DNA of 64,000 nucleotides from an uncultured delta proteobacterium. Its GTDB lineage: Bacteria; Desulfobacterota; Binatia; Binatales; Binataceae. Both the position numbers and the translations under genes were made by a program. A model generated the notes under the pieces. The model worked only from the letters and a program-made list of their open reading frames with translations. It was not told where the DNA came from and searched no databases. Shown in pieces: positions 47,269 to 57,023 of the stretch; position 1 is the stretch's first letter; each line of letters starts with the position of its first letter. Location: the NCBI GenBank assembly GCA_963815835.1, contig CAWFIF010000006.1, positions 699,344 to 763,343 on the forward strand. The letters run 5' to 3'.

Positions 47269-47326
47269 GGCGGCTGGGGTCCGAAAGACGCAGCATCAAG
47301 CACGAGTTCGAATCCCCTCTCCGCCA
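47269..47326 (+). other. Degenerate tRNA-like 3' remnant (tRNA-Ser-type acceptor/T-arm end)
   Basis: ...CACGAGTTCGAATCCCCTCTCCGCCA resembles the tRNA-Ser 3' end (GGGTTCGAATCCCTCCCTCTCCGCCA) with small deletions. GGCGG at 47269 can pair with CCGCC. The 58-nt span is too short for a tRNA. Confidence 0.3.
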
Positions 47327-47603
47327 GCGGTGACACAGCGCTGCCTGAATGCGGTAACCATGAGACGCGCGCCTGCGTCTATGAAACAACGTCACCTGTT
47401 CTAAAGAGAAGAGGTGACGGATTGTATCACCTTCCGCCGCGATCCGGATTCGAGTAGCGTGATTGATAGATGTCGAGTGAATAACCGGCATCTCTAGTGT
47501 ATTCTGCGCGACACGATCCTATTCAAAAGGCCTTCATGAATCCCCTCGCCTGATCGATGGAACTGCGTGCCTGATCGTCTTGCAGCTCCACAAAGGTTTT
47601 TAG

Positions 47604-47822
47604 ATGAAACAACCAACCTATAGCCAGGCCGCGCTTGCTTTGAGCCCGATGTCTCATGCCGGCCGCGAAGAAGCGTTTCTTCCTCTGGTTCGCGACTCCA
47701 TGGATGCCATTGTGAGCGCCGACGGTGTTATCGAATACTGGAATCCGGCCTCGGGAATGCTCTATGGCTACACTGCCGCGGAAGCGATCGGAGAGCCGGC
47801 CACGCTCAACATTCGGCGATGA
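47604..47822 (+). pseudogene. Isolated PAS-domain N-terminal fragment
   Basis: LVRDSMDAIVSADGVIEYWNPASGMLYGYTAAEAIGEPATL matches the PAS repeats of the 29104-33975 kinase. The ORF stops after 72 aa. Confidence 0.5.
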
Positions 47823-47864
47823 ACTCCAGCAGAATGAAGAAATGAAGCTAAGGCTCGAACGCGA

Positions 47865-48238
47865 CTAGCGCGTAATGTCGTAGCGTTGCATGGATACGAT
47901 TAGTCTCTCGAAGCTCTTGCGATATTGTTCCGTACTGCTTCCCCAAGCCTCCGTCGAGGTATGCACTCGGGTTTTGACGTCGTGGAACGAGGAGAGGCTT
48001 TCGGCGAGATTGGAGATCACGGTGGGCAAACCTTCGTGCTCCTCCATGAATTTTCGATCGGCGCAATGAGCAGACGATATTCCAGCGCCCTCGGGTTTCC
48101 GCCGATTTTCAAAAAGGATTGTTCGGTGTCGTGATTCAGAAGATCGAGGTTGAGGTAGCGACCTGAAGCGTTTCGAGGCGGTCTTCTTTCACCCGCGAAC
48201 TATTAAATCGATACGTCTGTTCGCACGGCTAACTGCAT
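47865..48238 (-). pseudogene. Decayed paralog of the 44736-46514 receptor-like gene
   Basis: ATG 48238 overlaps the cheA stop. MQLAVRTDVSI**...LNLDLLNHDTEQSFLKIGGN parallels LDLLNRDTEQDFLSIGGK. After a deletion and frameshift, GLPTVISNLAESLSSFHDVK...FERLIVSMQRYDITR* parallels GLAKELPAVVSKVQTSFATF...FKNLMVSLQFHDITRQ. Confidence 0.55.
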
Positions 48239-51009
48239 AGGGCTCGATCGAGGCTGTGACACTCCAACGCATTGAGGACCAGCACCACTCGTCCATCGCC
48301 CATGATCGCAGCGCCCTGGAATTCTTTACATTGCTCTAACTCACCGGCCAGGGGCTTAATCAAGACCTCGACTTCCGTCACAAACTTATCGACCACCAAG
48401 CCATACTTGACGGTACCTGCGGCGACGATAGCGACGGAAAGTTCTGGCGTAGGTGCCGGGGCGAGTCCCAGCACGGTGGCGAGATTGAAAACCGAGTAGG
48501 TGGCGCCGCGAATCTGCATCAGCGTGCGACCTTGATACTCATGCGCCTCTGAGGGTGGAATTTTCACCATGTCGAGCACGTTGCTGAGCGGCAGCACATA
48601 CTCATTGGCGCCGGCTTCCAAGAGGATTCCTTTCGAAATCATGAGACTGGTGGGTAACTTGATGAGAAAGCTGGTGCCCTGGCCCGCCTGCGCGCGAATT
48701 TCGATACTGCCCTGGAGAGCGCGAACGTTGCTGCTAACTACGTCCATTCCGACCCCGCGGCCGGACACGTCGGTGACCTTCGCCGCGGTCGTCAGCCCGG
48801 GCTGAAATATCAACTGGTACGCGGCCTCTTCGGTCATCGCCGCGGCGCTTTGAGGTGTGAGCAAACCCTTTTCGATAGCTTTGCGCTTGAGCGCATCGGT
48901 ATCGAGTCCGCCACCATCATCACTAACCTCAATCACCACGCCGCCTCCGTCGTGGAAGGCCCGCAGGATCAGCTGTCCGGTCGCGTCCTTGCCTTTGGCT
49001 TGACGGATTTCGGGTCGCTCGATGCCATGATCGACGGCGTTGCGGATTACATGCACCAGCGGATCACCGATCTGTTCGAGGATGGTTTTGTCCAGCTCGA
49101 TATCCTCGCCCTCGATGACCAGTCGCACTTCTTTCCCGAGTGACCTTGCGAGGTCTCTGACCAGGCGCGGGAAGCGCTGGAACACCGTCTTAACCGGCAG
49201 CATCCGAATCGACATGACGCTGTTCTGGAGTTCATCGGCAATCCGCGAGATGTTGGCGCCGGCGTCCTTCAGGTCTTTTGCGACCGATGAGCTACCGGCA
49301 CCGCTGTTGAGTCTCTGGACCAGTAATGGAAACGTCCCGCGTGCAACCAGCAATTCGCCAACCACTCGCATCAGACGATCGAGCTTCTCGCGATCGATCC
49401 GGATCGTCAACGGTGAGGCGGCGGCATCCGGACCTGCGCTCGGAGCGGTGGCGGACGCCGGCGCGGCGGGCATCACCTGCTTGCCGTTATCCGCATCTGG
49501 TGACATCTGTTCCAGCATGGAACAGGTATCCTTGAAAGCGCGTACCAACGCGGAGCGCGCATCGCTGCTCAAAGCTGCGCCGGCTTTTATTGCATCTTCG
49601 ATGATTAGGAGTTGCTGCGCCAATGGCTCTGCGAGTTGCTTGTTTTTGCGGTATTGCGCGGCCGCCGAGAGAGTCGTGAGCCCGCGCCGATAAGTGGCAA
49701 GGAGGGGTGCAGCGGCCTCGTCGCCGGCCTCGAGGCGCCGCAGACAACCCCCGATCATCTCGACGCATTGCGAGCTGGTATTGAGAAATGCGGCTTCGCG
49801 CCCGTCCGGGTCGCGGGCTTTGGGTGCGTCCTCGAGGCTGATCCCCAAACCCGCGAGCAGTTCGGGCGAAGGAAGTCCTTCCGCATCGTTATGGGTGAGA
49901 CTGCGCAGCAAGCTTCGGATCGCGTCACATGCCTCAAGCGCGGTTTGGATTATCTGGTCGGTTAGCGGACCTGCGTCCGGCCGCCGAAACGGATCAAGAA
50001 GCGACTCCAGACCGTGGCCCACGCCATGCAGCAGTTGCATGGGATGAGCAGGCGGGAGCGGCGTGTCCTGGACCTGAGCTAACAGCAGCCCGGCGTTGCC
50101 TTTGATGCTGTGGACGGCTCGAAACAGGGCATCAAGATTGTTGTGCGACGATCGATCGCGCTCCAGCGCGAGTGCCTCTTTTTCAATTCCTTGCAGATGC
50201 TCTTCGCACTCGAGCATGAACAATTCAAAGGCCTCGGGCGGCACGGCCCCGAGCAAAGCTACCGTCGCGTCGTGATCTTTTCGCAATCGGATCGTCAATT
50301 CGCACTCGTCTTCGACAAACACGAAGACTTCCCGGATGGCGGCCTCGTCGCGTTCGGTGATCAGCAGGATTTCCCACCAGAGATAACATTGCTCCGCCTC
50401 GATTGAGGCCAGCATCGGTACCTGGTCGGTGTGAGCGGTAATGTGTGCCTGTCCCAATTCGCGCAGATCGTCGAGCAGCGTCACCGGGTCGGCGCCGGAA
50501 TAGAAGATTTCGCGGTTTGGCTTGAAGCTGATTTCAAATGCGCGGCGGACGTTTGCAGCCGGCTTGATCTGTTCGACGCGCTCCGCCGCCGGCTCCTCCG
50601 ACGTCGGGAGCAGACGCGTGAAGGCCGCGGTTACTTCCAGCTCTCCCGGAATGCCTGCTCCTTCGGCCGTCTCTTCGATGATCGCACGCAAAACATCGCA
50701 AGCCTTAAGTCCGCAATCGATCAAGTCCGGGTTGACGGTCACTCGCCCGCCGCGGGCGAGGTCAAAAGCCTCTTCCATCTTGTGCGCGAAACGCGCGAGG
50801 TGGGTAAAACCCGCGGTTGCGCCGGATCCTTTGATGGTGTGAATCGCACGGAAGACTCGGTTGATCAGGTTTGAATCGAGGGGATGCTCCTCGAGCGCAA
50901 GCAGCGCCGAGTCGAGCTCGATCAGCAGATCCTGAGCTTCAGACCTGAACGCGACCCGCATCTGCTCCAAAACGTCGGTCGCCATGCCGGTTCGCCCGTC
51001 GCCGTGCAT
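48229..51009 (-). CDS. cheA: Chemotaxis histidine kinase CheA with two HPt domains, no receiver
   Basis: HPt 1 FRAIHTIKGSGATAG (His ~57). HPt 2 FRAVHSIKGNAGLL (His ~300). Kinase core: DPLVHVIRNAVDHG, DDGGGLD, GRGVGMDVV. C-terminal CheW-like domain. Confidence 0.9.
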   Translation of the reverse strand: MHGDGRTGMATDVLEQMRVAFRSEAQDLLIELDSALLALEEHPLDSNLINRVFRAIHTIKGSGATAGFTHLARFAHKMEEAFDLARGGRVTVNPDLIDCGLKACDVLRAIIEETAEGAGIPGELEVTAAFTRLLPTSEEPAAERVEQIKPAANVRRAFEISFKPNREIFYSGADPVTLLDDLRELGQAHITAHTDQVPMLASIEAEQCYLWWEILLITERDEAAIREVFVFVEDECELTIRLRKDHDATVALLGAVPPEAFELFMLECEEHLQGIEKEALALERDRSSHNNLDALFRAVHSIKGNAGLLLAQVQDTPLPPAHPMQLLHGVGHGLESLLDPFRRPDAGPLTDQIIQTALEACDAIRSLLRSLTHNDAEGLPSPELLAGLGISLEDAPKARDPDGREAAFLNTSSQCVEMIGGCLRRLEAGDEAAAPLLATYRRGLTTLSAAAQYRKNKQLAEPLAQQLLIIEDAIKAGAALSSDARSALVRAFKDTCSMLEQMSPDADNGKQVMPAAPASATAPSAGPDAAASPLTIRIDREKLDRLMRVVGELLVARGTFPLLVQRLNSGAGSSSVAKDLKDAGANISRIADELQNSVMSIRMLPVKTVFQRFPRLVRDLARSLGKEVRLVIEGEDIELDKTILEQIGDPLVHVIRNAVDHGIERPEIRQAKGKDATGQLILRAFHDGGGVVIEVSDDGGGLDTDALKRKAIEKGLLTPQSAAAMTEEAAYQLIFQPGLTTAAKVTDVSGRGVGMDVVSSNVRALQGSIEIRAQAGQGTSFLIKLPTSLMISKGILLEAGANEYVLPLSNVLDMVKIPPSEAHEYQGRTLMQIRGATYSVFNLATVLGLAPAPTPELSVAIVAAGTVKYGLVVDKFVTEVEVLIKPLAGELEQCKEFQGAAIMGDGRVVLVLNALECHSLDRALCS

Positions 51010-51021
51010 TTCAGCCCAGCC

Positions 51022-51384
51022 TCATCGGATCACTTTCTTTACCACCGCCAGCAACTGGTCGGGGTTGAAAGGTTTGACGATCCATGCGGTTGCGCCCGCC
51101 GCCTTGCCTTGCTGTTTCTTTTCCGCGGTTGATTCGGTGGTTAACAGCACGATGGGGACAAACTTGTATTGCGGCATCGCCCGGAGTTTGCGGGTGAATT
51201 CGAAGCCGTCCATCTTCGGCATGTTCACGTCGGTGAGAAACAGATGTAGCTCCTGACCCTTCAGTTTGGACAAGGCATCCAATCCGTCCACCGATTCAAT
51301 CACCTGATAGCCTCCGCCCCGCAGCACCATGGCGACCATTTGACGGAGGCTGGCCGAATCATCGACCGCCATAATAGTTTTCAC
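51022..51384 (-). CDS. cheY: CheY-like response regulator
   Basis: MKTIMAVDDSASLRQM, LFLTDVNMPKMDG, LTTE, IVKPF. Confidence 0.85.
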   Translation of the reverse strand: MKTIMAVDDSASLRQMVAMVLRGGGYQVIESVDGLDALSKLKGQELHLFLTDVNMPKMDGFEFTRKLRAMPQYKFVPIVLLTTESTAEKKQQGKAAGATAWIVKPFNPDQLLAVVKKVIR

Positions 51385-51680
51385 AGTCCTTCTCGCTCAC
51401 CGGTTAATTCGCGCCGCAAACCACAGCGCTGGATTGCATTGACGAACACTTCCGAGGGGCTGGCGAAGGACAGTGCCGGCACTGTCCTTCGCAGAGAACA
51501 AAGTAACTGCAGGATACAGGTATCGATGTCTTCCAGGCTTTGCGTATCGATCGAGACCGGCAGGTGGTCTTCCATAGCTTCGGCCATCCGTGCCGCAAGC
51601 TCTTGCGCCTGGCCAATAGTTATCGCGCCCTCGAGCTTCAGAATCCGGGCGTCTTGATGCTTGATGATGTCGAATGGCAC
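51381..51680 (-). CDS. STAS-domain protein (anti-sigma-antagonist fold)
   Basis: 99 aa. ILKLEGAITIGQAQELAARM...VSIDTQSLEDIDTCILQLL fits the STAS pattern. 4-nt overlap with the downstream cheY. Confidence 0.6.
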   Translation of the reverse strand: MPFDIIKHQDARILKLEGAITIGQAQELAARMAEAMEDHLPVSIDTQSLEDIDTCILQLLCSLRRTVPALSFASPSEVFVNAIQRCGLRRELTGEREGL

Positions 51681-51697
51681 GCCACGCGCCTCGCTGG

Positions 51698-52069
51698 TTA
51701 CTGAAGGATCATGCGAATGTTTTCCACCATATTTTCAGGCGCGCATGGTTTAACAATGTAGAGATTTGCTCCAACCTCGAAGCCTTTGGTTTTGTCTTTG
51801 CCCTCGCTCTCGGTAGATACGATGATGATTGGCAGCAAGCTGTACCTGGCGTCGTCGCGGATGCGGCGGATGAACTCGTAGCCGTCCATGTTGCTCATGT
51901 TGATGTCGGTGAGGACCAGATCGAAAGACTGGCTGTAGAGTTTTTCCAGCCCATCGCTGCCGTCAACCGCGGTAATCACGCTAAAATCTGCTTGCTCCAG
52001 AATGTAGGAGTGATAGCTACGGACGAATTCCGAGTCATCCACGACCAGGATCGTTTTCTTGGCGTCCAC
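51698..52069 (-). CDS. cheY: CheY-like response regulator
   Basis: KKTILVVDDSEFVRS, LVLTDINMSNMDG, VSTE, IVKPC. Confidence 0.85.
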   Translation of the reverse strand: MDAKKTILVVDDSEFVRSYHSYILEQADFSVITAVDGSDGLEKLYSQSFDLVLTDINMSNMDGYEFIRRIRDDARYSLLPIIIVSTESEGKDKTKGFEVGANLYIVKPCAPENMVENIRMILQ

Positions 52070-52073
52070 CGTC

Positions 52074-52916
52074 CTATTCCTTAATGTAAACCAGATGGTT
52101 CTCGAAGCGCTTCAGCTTGAAAGCGGTGGAGATCCGTCCCACCGATTCGGAGTGGCCCAAGAAAATGTAGCTGCCCCGATTGAGCGCATTGTAAAAGTGA
52201 TCGACTACCGCCTTGCGCGATAGATCGTCGAAGTAAATCAAAACATTGCGGCAGAAGATGAAATCGAAGCCGCGCATTGCTCGCATCGCCATCCGATCGT
52301 TGAGATTGAGATGACGGAACTCGACCAGCGCGGCGGTTTTTTCCCGTACCAGCCAGTCCTCACCGTCCTCAATCAGATGCTTCTTGCGATACTCTTCCGG
52401 CACCTCGGCAACGGCCCGATCTCCATAGCGGCCTTCGTACGCGCGGTGGAGCACGTTTTCATCGATGTCGGTCGCGATGATCTGACATTTCCACGACAGC
52501 GCTTGCGGAAAGACTTCCTGAACGATCATCGCCAGGGTGTAGGGTTCCTCGCCCGAAGAGCAGCCCGCCGACCAGATCCGCAAGCTTCGTTCGCCGCGCG
52601 CCAGTTTGGCCGATAGCACTTCCGGCAGGCAGTGGTTGGCGAAGGCCTGCAACTGCTCGTACTCGCGAAACATGTAGGTTTCGTTAGTGGTGACCAGATT
52701 GGCCAGCTGCTGCATTTCGAGGCCCAGCGGATCGGCATAGCCGACCATGAACACGTAGTCCTCGGGCTCGGCGATGCGTAAGGCTGCCATCCGCTTCTCG
52801 ACGCGCTTTTTCAGGAAGTAGATTTTCTTGTCGTCAAAATGCAGACCCAGCTTTTGATGGATGTGCTGGCTCAGCCGTTTGAACTGCTCGATGGAGATTT
52901 CTGCCATTGCGGTCAC
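52074..52916 (-). CDS. cheR: Chemotaxis protein methyltransferase CheR
   Basis: TNETYMFRE, LRIWSAGCSSGEEPYTLAM, IIATDID, FIFCRNVLIYFD. Confidence 0.9.
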   Translation of the reverse strand: MTAMAEISIEQFKRLSQHIHQKLGLHFDDKKIYFLKKRVEKRMAALRIAEPEDYVFMVGYADPLGLEMQQLANLVTTNETYMFREYEQLQAFANHCLPEVLSAKLARGERSLRIWSAGCSSGEEPYTLAMIVQEVFPQALSWKCQIIATDIDENVLHRAYEGRYGDRAVAEVPEEYRKKHLIEDGEDWLVREKTAALVEFRHLNLNDRMAMRAMRGFDFIFCRNVLIYFDDLSRKAVVDHFYNALNRGSYIFLGHSESVGRISTAFKLKRFENHLVYIKE

Positions 52917-52919
52917 GGA

Positions 52920-53984
52920 CTAGCTTCTTAGCGCCTGCAGGATGTCTTTATCGGTTTCCGTCAGCGCGCGCTCGGCAATCACTTCCTCCAATTCGGGGCG
53001 GTAGGTTTCCCGAAGGGATTCGATTGCTCCCAAACGCACCAGCCGCTCGGGACTCGTAAGGCACCCGATAAGGAACGAGTAGACGTCGTCACGAGAGGAT
53101 ACGAAGCCCAAAGCTCGCACCGCCTGGTAGCAGCATAGCGGAGCAGCCAGGTGGTCAATCACGATCCGCAAGACCGGTAGCACATCCTCATCGTGGGTTT
53201 TCCCAGGATGGCGCTGATGAATGGCTATCAGCGCAGCCAAAATCGGGGGGCGAAGCTGGGGGCCGCGCACGGCGAGTAGGCCGGCTATTTCGGCAAACTC
53301 CTGTTCCGTTCCGATCGCGCCGATGGCTTTCAGGCATGACACCAGAAAGAAGTCCGGCAACGTCGCAAGTTGGGGAAAGCGCTGGCGCAGGGTCGAAAGC
53401 GAGCTCGCGTCTCCGATCCCAACCAGGGCTTCCAGACAGGCCCCGATCAGCATCGGATGGGATCCAACCAGGAGCAGTTCTTCAATCCGTCCCTTGAAGC
53501 TTCGGGCATGGGCGCGCCCGAGGTTCTCGACCGCGGTGATGACGACGTTGGAGTCGGGGTCGGAAAGTGCAGCCTCGTAGATACCGTCGGTGCTCGCGGT
53601 GTGGGTTCCGCTTAAAACATCGAGGACTAGTTTGCGTAAGTCCTTATCGCCGTCGCGCATGACGGTGCTCAGCGAGGGAATCGCTGCGTCGCCTTTGCGG
53701 CGCAAAATATCCACCGCCTGATTGCGAATGTGCGGATCGTCGCTTTCGAGCAGTCTGATGCATCCCTCCACCGAGGCATCCGCATCAATCCGGGTCAGGG
53801 CCTGAAAGATGGCGTCGCGCACCGCTCGCGAAGGCTCCTGCTCGAGGCGCGCCAACAGCGGCGCCACCCCTTCGGCAGTATTCAAGTACCCGATGTCTTC
53901 GGCTGCATAGATGCGCTCGGTTTCATCCGCATCCTCGAGCTTCACGACGAATTCGCTCAAGTCGCTTACTGCCAAGTCGCTCAT
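52920..53984 (-). CDS. HEAT-repeat (PBS-lyase-like) protein
   Basis: Repeated ~30-aa units such as VAPLLARLEQEPSRAVRDAIFQAL and IRLLESDDPHIRNQAVDILRRKGD. Embedded between cheB and cheR. Confidence 0.7.
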   Translation of the reverse strand: MSDLAVSDLSEFVVKLEDADETERIYAAEDIGYLNTAEGVAPLLARLEQEPSRAVRDAIFQALTRIDADASVEGCIRLLESDDPHIRNQAVDILRRKGDAAIPSLSTVMRDGDKDLRKLVLDVLSGTHTASTDGIYEAALSDPDSNVVITAVENLGRAHARSFKGRIEELLLVGSHPMLIGACLEALVGIGDASSLSTLRQRFPQLATLPDFFLVSCLKAIGAIGTEQEFAEIAGLLAVRGPQLRPPILAALIAIHQRHPGKTHDEDVLPVLRIVIDHLAAPLCCYQAVRALGFVSSRDDVYSFLIGCLTSPERLVRLGAIESLRETYRPELEEVIAERALTETDKDILQALRS

Positions 53985-55048
53985 TGCATTGTCCTTTGCA
54001 CCGCTTTGACGATCGCGCCTGCTACTTCGTAACTGGGCGCCACTACGCTTGCTCCGCCGCGTTCGTAGGCCTCGCGCGGCATTCCGAACACCACTGCGGT
54101 CTGTTCACTCTCGGCGATGGTGTAGCCGCCCGCTTGCCTGATCGCGACCATTTGGTCCGCGCCGTCGTCTCCGATGCCGGTCATCAAAACGCCGATCGTG
54201 TCCACGCCATATATACTCAAGACGGATGCCATCATGACGCCCACCGAAGGAATGAAGAGAGTTAGCGGTGTGGTGGGAGTGCGGATCACGACCTCGCCGG
54301 TCATCTTGCGATGCAGGCAGAGGTGGCGCCCGCCGGGCGCCACGTAACAAATGCTCGGCTCTATCGGCATGCCGGAGCGCGCTTCCACAACCTTGAGCGC
54401 GCAGTGATCATCCAACCGCTTGGCAAACGATGCGATGAAGGCCGGCGGCATATGTTGGACCAGAAAAATACTGGCGGGGACATCCGCTGGGATTTGGGGC
54501 AATACTTCCTGAAGTGTCGCCGGTCCGCCGGTGGAGATTCCGATCGCTACCGCCTTGGGACGGTTTACTTTCTCAAAAATGGCCCCGGAAAGCGGCTGAA
54601 AAGGCTTGCGGTGTCCACTGGCTTGGGTGCGGCGTCCGAGAACGCTGTGGGACGACGCGGCGGCTTTGAGTTTCGCCAGCAACTCCTCGGCAACGACGTC
54701 CATGTTGGCGGAAACCGTGCCATCGGGTTTGGCGACAAAGTCGAACGCGCCCAACTCGAGGCATTCGAAGGTGGTGGCCTTGCCCTGCTGAGTGAGCGAC
54801 GAGACCATAACTACTGGACATATGTTCTCATGCAGGATGGTCTGCAACGCGGTTATCCCGTCCAGCTTGGGCATATTGATGTCCATCGAGATAACATCGG
54901 GTCGCAGTTCCCTGGCTTTCGAGATGACGTCCTCGCCGTCGCGAGCCACCCCAATCAAGTCGAAGTCAGCTGACGTCGCGATGATTTTTTTCAGGGTCTG
55001 ACGCATCAACGCGGAATCATCCGCTACCAGCACGCGTATTGAGCTCAT
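53981..55048 (-). CDS. cheB: Chemotaxis methylesterase/deamidase CheB (REC + esterase)
   Basis: IRVLVADDSALMR, VISMDINMPKLDG, VAIGISTGGP, LVQHMP, TGIGDDGA. Confidence 0.9.
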   Translation of the reverse strand: MSSIRVLVADDSALMRQTLKKIIATSADFDLIGVARDGEDVISKARELRPDVISMDINMPKLDGITALQTILHENICPVVMVSSLTQQGKATTFECLELGAFDFVAKPDGTVSANMDVVAEELLAKLKAAASSHSVLGRRTQASGHRKPFQPLSGAIFEKVNRPKAVAIGISTGGPATLQEVLPQIPADVPASIFLVQHMPPAFIASFAKRLDDHCALKVVEARSGMPIEPSICYVAPGGRHLCLHRKMTGEVVIRTPTTPLTLFIPSVGVMMASVLSIYGVDTIGVLMTGIGDDGADQMVAIRQAGGYTIAESEQTAVVFGMPREAYERGGASVVAPSYEVAGAIVKAVQRTMQ

Positions 55049-55093
55049 CGAATTGGTTGACGGGGCCGGACTAACCGGCCCCGATCCGAGGTT

Positions 55094-56995
55094 CTAGGCG
55101 GCAGCTTTGGTGGTCACTTCGGAAAGATGCGCCTGCTCCTGCCGGGAGAGAATCCGCTTCACATCGAGCAGCACGATCATGCGTTTGCCCGCATCGACCT
55201 TGCCGATTCCGGAAATGAATTGTTGTTGTGCGCCTCCCGACCCGATGGCCTCCGGCGGCGGAGCGATATCCTTGCGCGCGAGATTCAACACCTCACGGAC
55301 GGAGTCGACCACCAGCCCGGTTTTGATGCCCCCAATGTCCACGATCATGACGCGGGTGCGATCGTCCGACGGCTTGACCGGCAGTTCGAACCGCTTGCGG
55401 GTATCCAGCACCGGAACCACTTCGCCGCGCAGGTTGGTGATACCCTCGATGAACTGGGCGGCCTTGGGGACTTTGGTGATCTTGGAGAGGCGGTCGATTT
55501 CCTGGATTTGCGAAATCGGAACGCCGTATTCCTCCTCGCCCAACATGAAGGTAACCAGCTGAACTTCGCTCAGTTCTTCGGCGCTATTGTTTGAGTTGTC
55601 TCTCTCGCCCGACTTCTTCCCTCCCACCGATTGCAGCGAAGAGTTCTGGACATCGCGAAGCTTTTGGTCCTTCATAAGATGAGCCACGTCCAGCAGCATG
55701 ATGAGTCGCGCGCCGTCGTCCAGCTTGGCAACCCCGGAAAGTTCCATTCCGCCATTCGAGGCGATGCGCGGCGGCGGCTCCACCAGGTTCTTCGGTACGT
55801 TCAAGACCTCGTGAACGTGATCCACCACCAGGCCCAGTACAAAGCCGTCCGCGTCCACCACGATGATGCGCTGGTCTTCTTGGATGTTTTGGGCGATCAT
55901 TTGCTCGAATTCGTGTAAGGCGGCGATGGTCTGCCGACTTCCGGCAAGGACCTCCTCGCACGCGGCGTGCGCGGCATCGTGGTCGCCGCGCTCTTCGGAC
56001 TTGCTCCGAAGCTGAAGTTGCTTGATGACCTTTTCGTTAAGGCCGCGCGCCTTCGCCAACGTCTCCATCAGGAGCTGACTCGAACTGTTGGTTTCGGCCA
56101 GCCAGGTGCGCAGATGCTCGGTCACGGAAGCGTCCACCTTCGATTGCGAACCATCGGCAAAGACTTTCGCGACCTGATCAATCCAGCGCTCATACTCTTC
56201 ACGCAGCACGCGGCAATTATCCGCGAGCTGATCGGCCAGTGACCGTTGCTGGAGCAGGCGGCGAAGGTCGATGACCGGCAGAATCTGACCTCGCACGGTC
56301 AGCACCCCGAGCACGTAGTCGGGAACGTCGGGAACCTGATTGGGGCTCTGCACGCGCAGGATCTCCCGCACGTGCTCGATGTGAAAGGCGAATTCTTCTT
56401 TGGCGATGCGAAAGGTGACAACCTTTTGCACTTCGGCGTCGGCGTTGGATTTGTCCAACCCGTTGTCACTGTCAATTTCCGCGCCCAAAGCCACGCCATT
56501 GGCCGAAGCCATCTTATGATTCATCGCAATATCGCAGACCTGACCCGCATTGAGGGCCATGACGATGCGCTGTCCATTGTCGAGTTTCACCACTCCTTCC
56601 AGGTAGTCCGAGGTAGTCCCTCGGATTGCGTCCGGCGGCGGTTCGATTTCGCTGCGCATCACGCGCGAAACCTGTTTTACGCGATCCACGCGCAAACCCG
56701 TCTTGACCCCGCCGATGTCGACCACCAAAACGCGCGTCCGGTCGGTCTCCTCGGCGCGCTCCACTCCGAAGCGGGTGCGCATGTCGATGACCGGAAGCAC
56801 GACCCCACGCAAATTGGCGATGCCGTCCACGTAGGCGGGCATGCGCGGGACTTTCGCCATTTTCGGCAGCCGAATGATCTCCTGAACCGTCATGATGTCG
56901 AAGCCGAACTCCTCGTCCTTCAACAGAAAGGTGACCAGTTGGCTTTCGTCCTTGAGGCCGACGGAAGAATGTAGAGTGTCTTCTTGCATAACCAA
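55094..56995 (-). CDS. cheW: Triple CheW-domain scaffold; middle domain split by a ~125-aa helical insertion
   Basis: Three copies of xLVTFxLxxEEFGxxIxxVQEIxRxxKxxKVPxxPxxxxGIxNLRGxVxPVxDxRxRF...VDxGGxKTGLxVD. In copy 2, DLRRLL (aa ~245) and IIVVDADGFVLGLVVD (aa ~377) are separated by an insertion at nt ~55880-56248. Confidence 0.85.
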   Translation of the reverse strand: MVMQEDTLHSSVGLKDESQLVTFLLKDEEFGFDIMTVQEIIRLPKMAKVPRMPAYVDGIANLRGVVLPVIDMRTRFGVERAEETDRTRVLVVDIGGVKTGLRVDRVKQVSRVMRSEIEPPPDAIRGTTSDYLEGVVKLDNGQRIVMALNAGQVCDIAMNHKMASANGVALGAEIDSDNGLDKSNADAEVQKVVTFRIAKEEFAFHIEHVREILRVQSPNQVPDVPDYVLGVLTVRGQILPVIDLRRLLQQRSLADQLADNCRVLREEYERWIDQVAKVFADGSQSKVDASVTEHLRTWLAETNSSSQLLMETLAKARGLNEKVIKQLQLRSKSEERGDHDAAHAACEEVLAGSRQTIAALHEFEQMIAQNIQEDQRIIVVDADGFVLGLVVDHVHEVLNVPKNLVEPPPRIASNGGMELSGVAKLDDGARLIMLLDVAHLMKDQKLRDVQNSSLQSVGGKKSGERDNSNNSAEELSEVQLVTFMLGEEEYGVPISQIQEIDRLSKITKVPKAAQFIEGITNLRGEVVPVLDTRKRFELPVKPSDDRTRVMIVDIGGIKTGLVVDSVREVLNLARKDIAPPPEAIGSGGAQQQFISGIGKVDAGKRMIVLLDVKRILSRQEQAHLSEVTTKAAA

Positions 56996-57023
56996 TATCC
57001 TCTATTTGAAAACGCTCTAGCGA

